Assembly (NCBI GenBank): GCA_000934665.2
Contig: KZ538072.1
Span: 62,001 to 126,000 of the forward strand
Length of the DNA: 64,000 bases
DNA from: Catajapyx aquilonaris
Lineage: Eukaryota
Direction: 5' to 3'
Shown here in pieces: positions 11,411 through 22,540 of this stretch (the first letter of the stretch is position 1; every line of letters begins with the position of its first letter). Under the pieces are notes generated by a model. That model made no database searches, was not told where the DNA came from, and was given only the letters and a program-made list of their open reading frames with translations. The position numbers were made by a program, and so were the translations under genes.

Positions 11411-12098
11411 CCAAATTTCGGTTTATTGCATTGTTTTGGACCGATGTGGGCCAAATTTCGTCCAAATTCGGTGTATTGCATTGTATTGGTACAAATTTCG
11501 CTAAAATTCGGATTGTTCCATTATTTTCATCCAGGGATGCCCCTAATTCTGTTTATCGCATTGGTTTCGTCCAAGGGTTTGGCCCAATTTCGGTTTATTG
11601 CATTGTTTTCGCCCATATTTCGCCAAAATCCGGATTATTGCATTAGTTTCATCCATAGATGGCCCTAATTTGGCCCACATTCGGTTTATCGCATTGTTTT
11701 TGTCCAAGGGTTGGACCAAATTTCGTCCAATTTCGGTTTATTGCATTGTTTTCGCCCAAATCTGGATTATTGCATTAGTTTCGTCCCGAGATGGCCCTAA
11801 TTTGGCCCACATTCGGTTTATCGCATTGTTTTTGTCCAAGGGTTGGGCCAAATTTCGCCCAAAATCCGGATTTCCTGCATTGGATTCGTACAGGAGTGGT
11901 CCTAACTTGGCCCAAATTCGGTTTATCGCATTGGTTTTGTCCAAGGGTTAAATTTCGCACAAATTCTGTTATTTGTATAGGTTTCGTTCAAATTTAGCCC
12001 AAATTGCATTAGTTTCGTTCAAGGCCCCCCAATTTCTCCAAAATTCGGTTTAGTTCATAGTTTTCGTCCAAGGGTGATCAAAATTTAGTCCAAATTCC
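11411..12098 (+). repeat. Complex minisatellite (~30-52-bp related subunits, ~15 copies, ~132-143-bp higher-order period)
   Basis: Recurrent AAATT(T)CGG(T/A)TTAT(T/C)GCATT(G/A)(G/T)TTT core; long near-identical blocks repeat at 11585/11728 and 11676/11808. Confidence 0.93.
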
Positions 12099-14150
12099 AC
12101 CCAGTGAAAACTGACCACCCCCCTCCCTTTTGTCGCTCTGTCGGTTCAAACTCCACTACCGGACCTAGGCATCAGTCGATTTCCAACGCTCTATTCCATT
12201 AGCATTCTAATCACATTAGGGGCTTCAAATGGAGTGTTCGGAATTCGGATTAAGAGAACGAAAAGGCATGAAGAGGCGAGCGGCAGCGCTGAAAGCTCTT
12301 GTCGCAAGGCGTGAAGAAATCCACTTTGCCAACGGACAAGACGTAGCGCTTTTCCTGCTCATTTCCCTTTTTTAGCCCCATTCTCCAGAGGAAGAATTGA
12401 AAAAAAAATGCCAGAGAAGGGGAAAAATAACATCAGTCCTAAAGTTGTTCCAATGGTCATGAGCTGTTCTCTCAAGAGATGGGGGGGGGGGAGATGAAAA
12501 ATGAATAACTACGCCCCCAATATTTTACGACAATACCCTCAAAGTGGTAGGCTCATTACCGGCATAGCATTCATTGTTGTCAAAAGTTGGGAGGATCACA
12601 AAACTTCTTGGAATATGCAAATTTCTGAATTAGCTCAAGCTACATATGACTCAGGGTTTTGGTGGTGGTGGGGGAGGGGGGGGGAAGGGAGTGATAATCN
12701 TCCTAGAGTATTGATTGAAACGAACGGAATTCTATATTCCCAGGGGGGGTGCAAAAAGAAGAGTCCGTGGATCCAATCGAGCAAAGACGGAGGAGGGAGA
12801 GGGGATGGCTCAAAGAGCCTTAATTGGCATCAAGCAAGAATGGGATTCGCCATGTAAGCAGACGGCACCAGCAAGGCCTCCACCAGATCAATGGTCGTCA
12901 CGCTTATCTAATCCCCAATTACACAGAAGGATACGAGTTTTGATCATCAGTGTACCTAAAGCTCAGGTGGGGACCAAAAATGTTTCAAGATTTTTTTTCT
13001 TCTATGATAGTGTTGCAATATTTGCATCCAAAATATAGCTGTTACAACTATCTACAGTCTTCAGGCCTGATTTCCGCCAGGAGAAAGCAGGCCGAATGGG
13101 CTCATCAATCATGCATTATACCTAAATCCAACTTGTACATCGGAGCAAACCAAAACTTTGCGAACTATACCGGCTATAATTTGCATTGGAACAAAATCCT
13201 TATCGATCCTGCACCATGGGCCAAAACTCCAGAAGACACAATAGGGCTCAAAATATGATTTCTACTCCCCTCCATATACCCTGACAATACAATTTAAAAA
13301 GTTGCGGACAGTTTCCAAAAAGTCATTTCTTCCAATTATTTACGGTGGTCAATATGACAAAACTTTTGGGTCCAACAATGTCCATGGCCGCAGAAAAATG
13401 AAAGTATCTTTTTTACATCATCCCAAATTGTAATCTAGAGTTAACTTAAAGGGTTCTCTTAATGATCTGAGGGTTTCTGGTCTACTTGTTGTAAGTTGGG
13501 CTCGACGGACCGTGCTTGACTTTCCTTAAGCCTTGTAGTTGGCATCAAAGTGGGGCTGGCCTGAGAAACTAGATTCTGTGACACATTATTCTCGTTATAA
13601 ATTGGTCTCCAGACTAAGCCCCATTTGTTAATATAAATCGTTCATATATGCATCTGAAGCTTAAAATATAGCCTAATTATTATAACTCCAGATATTAATT
13701 ACCTGCCCATCGGTGCAATTCGTATCGAATGTACAATTGCGCAACATAATCAGTCATGCGAGAGCCCCCCCTCCAATTACTTGAATTAATTGGGAGCTCC
13801 AAATGAACCGCCACAAACTGGGTCATGCATATATATTTTTTAAATCACTAATATTCGTGTGTACATTTAGTCCGCGGTTAATTTCGTCGCCACAATATGC
13901 CCCGCACCTAAAAAAGTTGAAACTAGCCAAAGTTTAGGCGCTACAACAACAAAAAAAAAAACTGAATTTTAATGGTCGCTACTTGCAAGTTAACTAAAGT
14001 TTTGACTCATTATAATCGCCCGCCTTTCCACACCGGAGCCGCTCTTATTTCAACCTCCCCATTCTCTTCTGGGCCTTATCAACGTTCCAATTACCAACTC
14101 CAAGGACACCATTTCTCCGGACACATTCCCCCCCCCCCAAAAAATGAAAT

Positions 14151-14217
14151 CAGCCAATAGAGGCCATTGCACCTAACCAGTCACATGATCCGTACCAGCC
14201 AATAGTAGACTCCAATC
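14151..14217 (+). promoter_or_regulatory. Candidate CCAAT-box/E-box cluster
   Basis: CAGCCAATAG at 14151 and 14196, GTCACATGA between them, third CCAAT at 14212. Motif match only. Confidence 0.2.
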
Positions 14218-15746
14218 AAATACCTCCCTCAGAACTCTTGTCTGTCACACATGTTAGGGCCAAAATACGATGCCGGGTAGGCTGCAATTACTCAAAACGG
14301 TCCGAGTGAAATATGACTATTCCCACATGAGCCATATTCTGGTGGAATGGATGCAAGTTTTGGGAGGGACAAAGTCTCAATGGAACCATCAAAGGTAGCC
14401 CTCAGAAAATGTTTATTATGCTCTTGTGCTTACACCCGGGTTTTTTTTATATTTCAAAAATAGGCATAATTAACCGGGATTTATATCGAGTAGGGGTGAT
14501 TACTTTCTCTGTAATTAGTTTGGGCAGGCAATCTTTACGGTGGCGGCTCAGTCATGTAATGTACTAACTAACACGGGAACTGTTTAGTCGGTTGCAATTT
14601 GTCAACTTCTAGAGCGCAAAAAATACTTGGGTCAGATCCCTAGCGATTTACCTTTTTTCGGCAAATTTGCAGGCTCAATTAATGGTGATTAACCTGTGCA
14701 GTTGGGGATATAAAAACTTGTGCAATGAGCGAAATTCGGGGGGTTGGAGAAAATAACTTAATTGAACATCCAATAGAAGCCGCTGACTGACACATTCGCT
14801 CTGGAATGCAACAATATGTCATACCCGCTGTTATTCAATGTTGCAAATCACTTTCAATCACGTCACACTTTTTGCACAAAAAATTGGGGTGTAAAAACCG
14901 GTTTTTTGCACCGGCTCGCGGGAGCGTAAGGAAGTAATTTGCATTCAATAATTTCCATAATTATTCAGTTAAAAACCGGCCGGATCTGAAGAACACAGAG
15001 TTTGACCATAAACTCGCCGCAAAAAATATACATTATTATTTAAAAACCGGCGGCTTGACCCTACCATACTGTCAACTATGACCGTGCATATGCACCTGTT
15101 TATTACTCATTACTCCATCTCCCCGGGTTTCAATTACTAGCTTTCCTGCCAACTCCTCAAAAAAAAAGTAAAGTGCTCACTTCGCACTAAATTGCGCTTG
15201 GAGAATAAGAAACTCGACTAGAAAGTTGACGCCACAAAAAAAAAGTAACATAAATCTAAGAAAGACCGCCAACTTCTGACTTCCCGGTACCCCCAATGTG
15301 TGCGCCAATAAAACACTGTCACATTGGCACCTCTTGTCCTGATACATATCTCCAATACTGAAGCCATTTTTTTTATTATTATCATAATTTTAGGATGTAA
15401 AATTGTCAGTTTTAAATTTTTTTTAACAATTAATTCACACTTCTTACCTTGTAATGGCCTTCAGCTTATTAAGAACGGATGTTGCGTATATTCCTATTGT
15501 TCGTTGTCTCCCGAGTGTTATGGACCTCGCACAAACCCCCGATACTTTCAAACCAACGATAGGGATGATTTGACACTACCTGTGATGTGTTTCCCAATCT
15601 CTGCAGAACTTCCCCCCCACCCCCTAGCGACGCTCGAATTAAATTGAACGCGACAATCTCCCGTCGCAGGAAATCATCTCACGCTCCCGAAAACACCCAA
15701 TCTGAGCCTCCCCAAGAAAAAAAACTTTTCTCCCCCCCCCCCCCCC

Positions 15747-15761
15747 NNNNNNNNNNNNNNN
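15747..15761. other. Assembly gap inside poly-C tract
   Basis: Run of N seen directly. Confidence 0.99.
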
Positions 15762-16375
15762 CCCCCCCCCCCCCCCCCAAATATATATCTTAAAAAACAA
15801 CCACTACCCGAATTTTAACACCCAACCACAGACATTTTCAGACCCGACCATATGGCTCCTTTGTCCCCAGCTGCAATGGAAAAATGGGGGGTGCCCCCCT
15901 TCAAAATGCACAGGGGGGTAGCCAGCAGTCAGTCGTGTGCAGTGAAAGCGTTGACCCAACCGGAAGAATCCCAAGGTTAAGCATAGGAGGGGACAAAAGC
16001 CGCCTACTTGCTCCTTACCCCGTACCTTCAACAATGTTCCCCCTTCTTTTGCACCATCTTCCAACACTGTCCAGCTGGCCTTGGCTCTGAAGGGCTTCAT
16101 TCAAGCTGGGGTGGGTTTCTTCTTCCCTAACCATTATTTTTGGGCAAGCTCAGCACCTGGACGCTTCTCCCCTACCGGACAATACGGACAAAAAAAAAGG
16201 CTCCCCCTTTTCTACAAAAAAAAAAAATTTAAAAAGAAAAATGGGGAGGCCTGCATTCGATTCTAGACCTCCTTTTCAAAGTGGGTGCCCAGAAACACGA
16301 TATGTTCATACGAAGCATTCTCACGTCGTTTGGTTCAGACAATGAGAGTTTTTACACACATGGTGGACCTCAGGC

Positions 16376-16628
16376 NNNNNNNNNNNNNNNNNNNNNNNNN
16401 NNNNNNNNNNNNNNNNNNNNNNNNNNNNNNNNNNNNNNNNNNNNNNNNNNNNNNNNNNNNNNNNNNNNNNNNNNNNNNNNNNNNNNNNNNNNNNNNNNNN
16501 NNNNNNNNNNNNNNNNNNNNNNNNNNNNNNNNNNNNNNNNNNNNNNNNNNNNNNNNNNNNNNNNNNNNNNNNNNNNNNNNNNNNNNNNNNNNNNNNNNNN
16601 NNNNNNNNNNNNNNNNNNNNNNNNNNNN
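16376..16628. other. Assembly gap followed by poly-C
   Basis: Run of N seen directly. Confidence 0.99.
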
Positions 16629-17271
16629 CCCCCCCCCCCTTACTGGTGATGCCACCAACATGAAATCGCACCTGACTCGGCTGTCCAGAAGAAATCCTCT
16701 GGAATTGCTTCTCCACCACCCCCTCCATACACTCATCACTTTATCTTCATAAGGGGAGAGAAAGTTCAAGACTTTACCGGCTGGATGGAGTCCGTCAAAG
16801 ATAACCGAACCCGACGGGGGAGGAGATCCCCAAAAACCAGGGTATTCTATATGCCTTACCCCAAACGGAAAATATCTCCCCCCTACCATCTACAGTGGTG
16901 CCATCTCTCGGGTCAGAATTTTTGACGCCAATAATGGCCGCGCCTTGGCAACAATATACGCTCCAGCCTCCGGATAACTTCATTACCGGTGTGTTCGAGT
17001 ACCGTTCTAACGATGACTGCTATACCCTATTACTAGAAGGCATCCCCCCCCCCCCACACTGTAATTATAGAGGTGAAGCAAACTGCAACTTAGATTGGAA
17101 CAAATTAGCGTGTTTGTCTCGCCAGATATGGAGCGGCTCGTGTTGCTTCTTTTAGGTCATACCTAACTACAACAATCGGTTGGAAAATCACCTGAATGAT
17201 GCTTATTGTCTGTTGGCAACGGTTGGCAATAAAGGGAACTCTCCAAGAATATTCTGACACACAATGACCAA

Positions 17272-17293
17272 CTCTCTCTCTCTCTCTCTCTCT
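17272..17293 (+). repeat. (CT)n microsatellite
   Basis: About 11 CT units seen directly. Confidence 0.9.
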
Positions 17294-17717
17294 TCAATTG
17301 AGATTTCAAGAACCGATATGGGTTGAATTGCGAGTAGGCAAACCATAGATTGCAATCTATAGAGAATTTGAAAAATAACGGCTATTTTATATAGAGCGGG
17401 GTATCACGTGACAAAAACGGATAAGCCTTACCAATGTGCATGAAAAATTTTCACTCAAAAAATGAGTACTTAATCGATTTAGATTAATGCCGGCTGCTTT
17501 TCTCCGACTAATGAGAACGCGATACTTTCAGCCCCCCCNCCCCCCCGCCCCAACTTTAATTTGAAAAGGGGCCTGGGACAAACGTGGATGCAAAAACTCT
17601 CATTATGGAAATTCTCAAGCGCGATCATCCCCCCCTAGTTCAGATGAGGAATAACTCGCGATTGCGCTGTAGCTGCGTCTGAAACGCGTCCCCAACACAG
17701 CGCACGCGTCCAATACC

Positions 17718-17765
17718 TATTAATTAGGGTAGGCCGCACCGGGTGCGGACTTACCCTAATTAATA
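17718..17765. repeat. 48-bp near-perfect palindrome/hairpin
   Basis: TATTAATTAGGGTAGGCCGCACC-G-GGTGCGGACTTACCCTAATTAATA; one mismatch and one indel between arms. Confidence 0.9.
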
Positions 17766-18508
17766 CTATGCAAAAAAAAAGCCGTATCTACCTAATATGC
17801 CAATGGGCGATTTTTCAAAAAAAAAAAATACAGATAAATAGAGTATGCGGCTTCAGTTGAGACCAGGTTGAAATTTGCAACCTACTCCCCCCTCTCCAAA
17901 ACTTCCCCCCCATCACCATCCCCTCCTACCACACCCCCTTTTGTTCAATGCCCCGCCTGGGTCCTGCTCGTGCGCGTGGGGGTTCCCCCACCAAAGCTTC
18001 CCCCTCCATGTTCTCCCAAAGCTTGGGCTCCAGATCGATGTGGGCGCACACACACCGGGATGTGAGGCTGGGCCTAGGCTTGGCTTGGGCTCTAGTCCCC
18101 CACCGATATTTTGGATGTTTTGTTTGGGTGTTTCTCCCTCGCTCCCTTACCTAACCGCCTTGCCCTCGGCTGGGATATTGTCCCGTCACAGCAGTATGAC
18201 CTCGCAATTACTGCCGGGGCGGGACATGCTCCCAGACCCGTGGCCTCGGCCAGGATATTTTTTTTGTTCGTGACGTTATATGGTGGTTTTTATTTTTATT
18301 TTTATTTTGGTATAAAAAAGTGCAATTGTTTTTAAATCAAAAAAAAACATCGTACTATAGAATAGCTGCACTGATTTTTTACACACACTACACAATTGTA
18401 CAACACTTTTAAAAAATGGAGCAGATAATTCCCCACCCAATGCATGCACACATTATATAATATTCGTGAGGAGGCTCAAGAAAAACGGTATAATTAACCC
18501 CCCCCCCC

Positions 18509-18729
18509 NNNNNNNNNNNNNNNNNNNNNNNNNNNNNNNNNNNNNNNNNNNNNNNNNNNNNNNNNNNNNNNNNNNNNNNNNNNNNNNNNNNNNNNNNNNN
18601 NNNNNNNNNNNNNNNNNNNNNNNNNNNNNNNNNNNNNNNNNNNNNNNNNNNNNNNNNNNNNNNNNNNNNNNNNNNNNNNNNNNNNNNNNNNNNNNNNNNN
18701 NNNNNNNNNNNNNNNNNNNNNNNNNNNNN
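18509..18729. other. Assembly gap between poly-C and poly-G
   Basis: Run of N seen directly. Confidence 0.99.
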
Positions 18730-21700
18730 GGGGGGGGGGGTGGGTGGGTTGTACATTCCCTGAATCTTGTAGAATCCTGCAAAAATTGCCGCTGGGAGAC
18801 TTGTCTCATCTCGCCCATCATGTAGATGAAATGAGTTAGCTTGGGGGCAAACACACCCTTCAAGAGGTGGATAAAATATAAAAATAACTGATGAAAACAA
18901 ACAAGCGCAAGTACTGTATTCAACCGGACCCAAAATTTTACGCTTTTTTTCATAATTCAATAGATTCTTTTATACAACAAAACTCAGGCATTTTCCTTTC
19001 CCCTTTGCTATAAAAAAATGGGAAAAGAGTCAAAGAACTGGAGAAGGGACTTTTTTTATTACAACGGTCTCACCTTGAGAGAAAAATTTCAGCCCCCCCC
19101 CCTTACTTCCTAGAAAGTGCAGCTATTCAAGTAGTCAAATCGAATTTTTTTCAGTAGAATTCCAGGATTTCTTTCCACCTTAAAATCAGAATGGGAACGA
19201 TCACAAAAAAAAGCTAGATGACTTCAGAAGAGGCAAATCTGCTCTAAAACGCACAATTGTTATATTCAAACGTAGTGAGAAGTGTGCCAATAGTGTAACC
19301 TATAGAATAGTGTGAAATACCGAACCTATTGTCTTAATAATAAAAAAATCAAATCCTTTTCATCTTGTACAGTGTGTCACATACTAATTTCCAACACACC
19401 ATGTAGCCCCGTTAATGAAAGCGTCATAAAATTAATTTCAAAACACACACACACCATTACAAAAATATTTCATTGAAAACGCACGCTCAACTAGCTTCAT
19501 TTAGGCTAAATCCAAGCGGCCCCTTTTTGCATTAATTAGGCTCGCAATTAATCTGCGATTTAAAACTGGCCGCCATACAGTTTAGCGTCCATCCAACCTG
19601 TCACCACCATTGGTACCACGTTAAAATCGGACATAAGAATATGGCATGACATTTTTTTCCGGGGACGTCACCAGGGTTACCGAAACGACAATTTTCCACC
19701 AACTTTATCCCGTGTCCTGCCCCTCGGTGTCCCAACGTCAACTGCAGGCTTCCGACGCAAGAAACACCCCGTGGGACATTTTCCACTACCGACACTTTAA
19801 TTTGAAATGGCAGTGCAGTACTCTTCTATTCCTTTGAGCACTTCAAAAATTATTCCATTTTATATGATTTTGCTCCAGACCAGTAGGATGCGCTATATAA
19901 AAATGGAACGTTTTTTTTTTTTCCAAATGGATTAAATACAAGGCCTTCAGGTATGGCAAAAATGTTCGGTGCAAATTAACCTCCGGTTTCCGGCAAAATT
20001 TTGCAAAAAAAAAAATCATTTTCATGCCATTCGACATTTTATGCACCACCAAAAAAATGGGGGTGGGAAAGACAGTTCTCATCATGTAGATTGGACAGGT
20101 TGGCGAGGATAATAGTAACTCGACCAGGGGGTATGGGGGGGTACCTGTAATTCCAGACAAGGACGTGGCAGATCCCGACGGACGGTACGTGTCATACCGT
20201 CAGCTTCGAAAAATTTCGTTCAGAAAAAGGAACATGTCCGGTTCAATACTGTAACTTGAAACCCACCCATTATGAGCACATTCCAGGCAATTTTCCGATA
20301 TCAAATGAAACGGGTGGGTACGTAGTATGTGCTCATTTGTCCGGTACACAAAGTTGGCCTTTATACTATTCACCGACCACAATACCCCCCCCCCCCAAAA
20401 AAAAAATGTGATTAATTTTTTTTTCATTACTTCAGTACACAGCAACATTGTGTCTATTTCAGTCTTGAGAGGACTTTGTTCAATGCGACCCTAGGGGACG
20501 CCAACCCAGCTTGGTACCGTTACCAGCGTGACACCGCGTGTTTAAACACGCAATTACCGCGCTCCAGTTAACAGTTCACCCACACTAATCGGCATCTTTT
20601 TCCTGTTGGTAATACGATTCCGAACCGAACTCGAAGCATTCATCGCTGTCTATTTCTATCCGCTCTATTCGGGTCACTACGTTTGGAAAGCTGTCAGACC
20701 GCCAGAGACCTTCAATCATTTTTTCGCAAAATGAACGGTCGCGAACGTCATATGGACGGTACCGTCTACAGTACTCATGTACATTGTTGCGTTTATAATA
20801 TGGCCGCCCTTTGTACAATCGGGCTCAGATCAATGTTGGTCCCCCTGAAGATGGTGGAGATCGATGGGGAACAGGGGGGGAAGACAAAGGGGGAGCTCTT
20901 CAAGACCAGTTCCAACCCTTATAACCGGTTCTATATAGTACTTACCAAATCCGGTGCGATTCCTGCATCGCAATCACCTCCATACGTACTAATATCAGAC
21001 CGGTACTCAAACACACAACCGTAGTGGACAACACCAAGGGTAGGAATGAGAATTCACGAGGGGAGACTCAGCGCCCTCTAGTCTCCGGTTGGAATTTTTT
21101 TTTTCTCCCCTGGCGTCTGGCGGCCCCTGACCATGTGTACCACCCCGCTTTTTAAAAATATGGCCGACCCAGACCCAGTTTTTGGTGAGAGGAAAATTGG
21201 GCCTGGAGCGTCATTTTATGCAAAGCGGACAAACACTGGAGGTTTTGTTTGCGGGACAAACAATATTGCGGGCCAATTTTGAAAATGCGGAAGGGGGGGT
21301 ACAAATATTGTCCGTTTGGGTTACTTGGTGGGTGCTAATTAAGTGGGAGGGCCTAAAATTTTCGGGATGGATCTTAGGCCATTATTACTGGATCAAAATC
21401 GACGAACTTGGGAGGGGGTTCCTCATTAGCGGTAGAAATTACCCGGGCTTGAACGCGCAAAGAGCTTCATCAACTGGCAGTTGGTACACATGTATAGTCA
21501 ACAAAATGGCAAGGAGCTGGCTTCAAGGAAGCGATATACATCATCAGGAAAGGCCCTCGATGTCTTTGGCGAAATGTATGAGGCGAAGAGGCCGTGTCAG
21601 TGCTGGATAGCGCACTCATTTTTCACGCATATGTTCGCTCCATAACTCCTGATTAGACGGGCCCTTATCCAGAGGACAGCCAATTTCTCACTCACCTAAA

Positions 21701-22060
21701 CGACCATAAATCCGGGAGCCTGCTAATCATACATCAGCATTCTGGACAAACAGAAAGCATAAATAAGCAGAAATCGGGGGCCGGAAATGTGTATCCCGTA
21801 ACATGAGCTAAAACCGGACATAGGGATGATCAGGTGGCGATTGACCGGGTGAGTCACATAATGCGAAGGTCAGCTTCACGGTAAATCTTGGTACGGTGCC
21901 AGACCAGTGGGCAGCATGAGTTCATGACCTGATCGAATTGCACAGTTTCCTATGCTTATTCGGGTTCTCGGGTTACAGTACTGCCATCAACAAAATGCAC
22001 GGCAAAATATATGAATATCGATACTTCAAATTGGTTCGATAATATCATGTCGAATCGGTA

Positions 22061-22266
22061 CACTGTAAACCGCAAAACATTATAGAGGATCACTGGTGCG
22101 TCTCTCATGGAACAATTTTTAATGCGCTTCTAATGCTCTTCTGATGCTTTTTAGCAACAAAAAAGCATCACAGGAGCATCACAAGAGCATTAGAAGAGCA
22201 TTAAAATTGATGTTCCAATAAGAGACTCACCAGTGATGCTCTTTTAATGTTTTGTGGTTTACATTG
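22061..22266. mobile_element. TA-flanked foldback MITE (Tc1/mariner-pogo type)
   Basis: TA|CACTGTAAACCGCAAAACATTA...TAATGTTTTGTGGTTTACATTG|TA; arms complementary over ~90 bp; internal GAGCAT(C/T)A-type subrepeats. Confidence 0.9.
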
Positions 22267-22313
22267 TACGTAATAATTCAGATAACAACAGGGGGTAATT
22301 CTATGAAAATATA

Positions 22314-22540
22314 CATGGCGTTCCAAATTCGTGACTCGTTTTTTATAACTAATATCGCCCAATAGCAGTTATTTTTTGTAGATTGTTGTGTCCCTAACCA
22401 GGTGCCCTATTATATTGAAACTGCTATATTCGACCCCTTGGGAGTAATGGGGCACATGGTTAGGGGCACAAGCTACAAAAGTAACTATCATCGGGCGATA
22501 TCAGTTATAAAAAAACGACCAACGAATTTGGAATACCCTG
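22314..22540. mobile_element. Mariner-type foldback MITE
   Basis: TA|CATGGCGTTCCAAATTCGT... vs ...ACGAATTTGGAATACCCTG|AA; ~95-bp arms (22314-22413 / 22446-22540) with moderate divergence; CAGGGT terminus on the right arm. Confidence 0.85.

Noticed and set aside
11411..12098. CRISPR-like repeat/spacer array or repeat-protein CDS
   Set aside because: Inter-repeat segments are themselves related and duplicated, repeats are degenerate, there are no cas genes, and the context is eukaryotic; ORFs here are by-products of the tandem repeat.
16989..21016. 18/20 inverted match between 16989-17008 and 20997-21016 as element termini
   Set aside because: Several matches of this quality are expected by chance in 64 kb, and the similarity does not extend.
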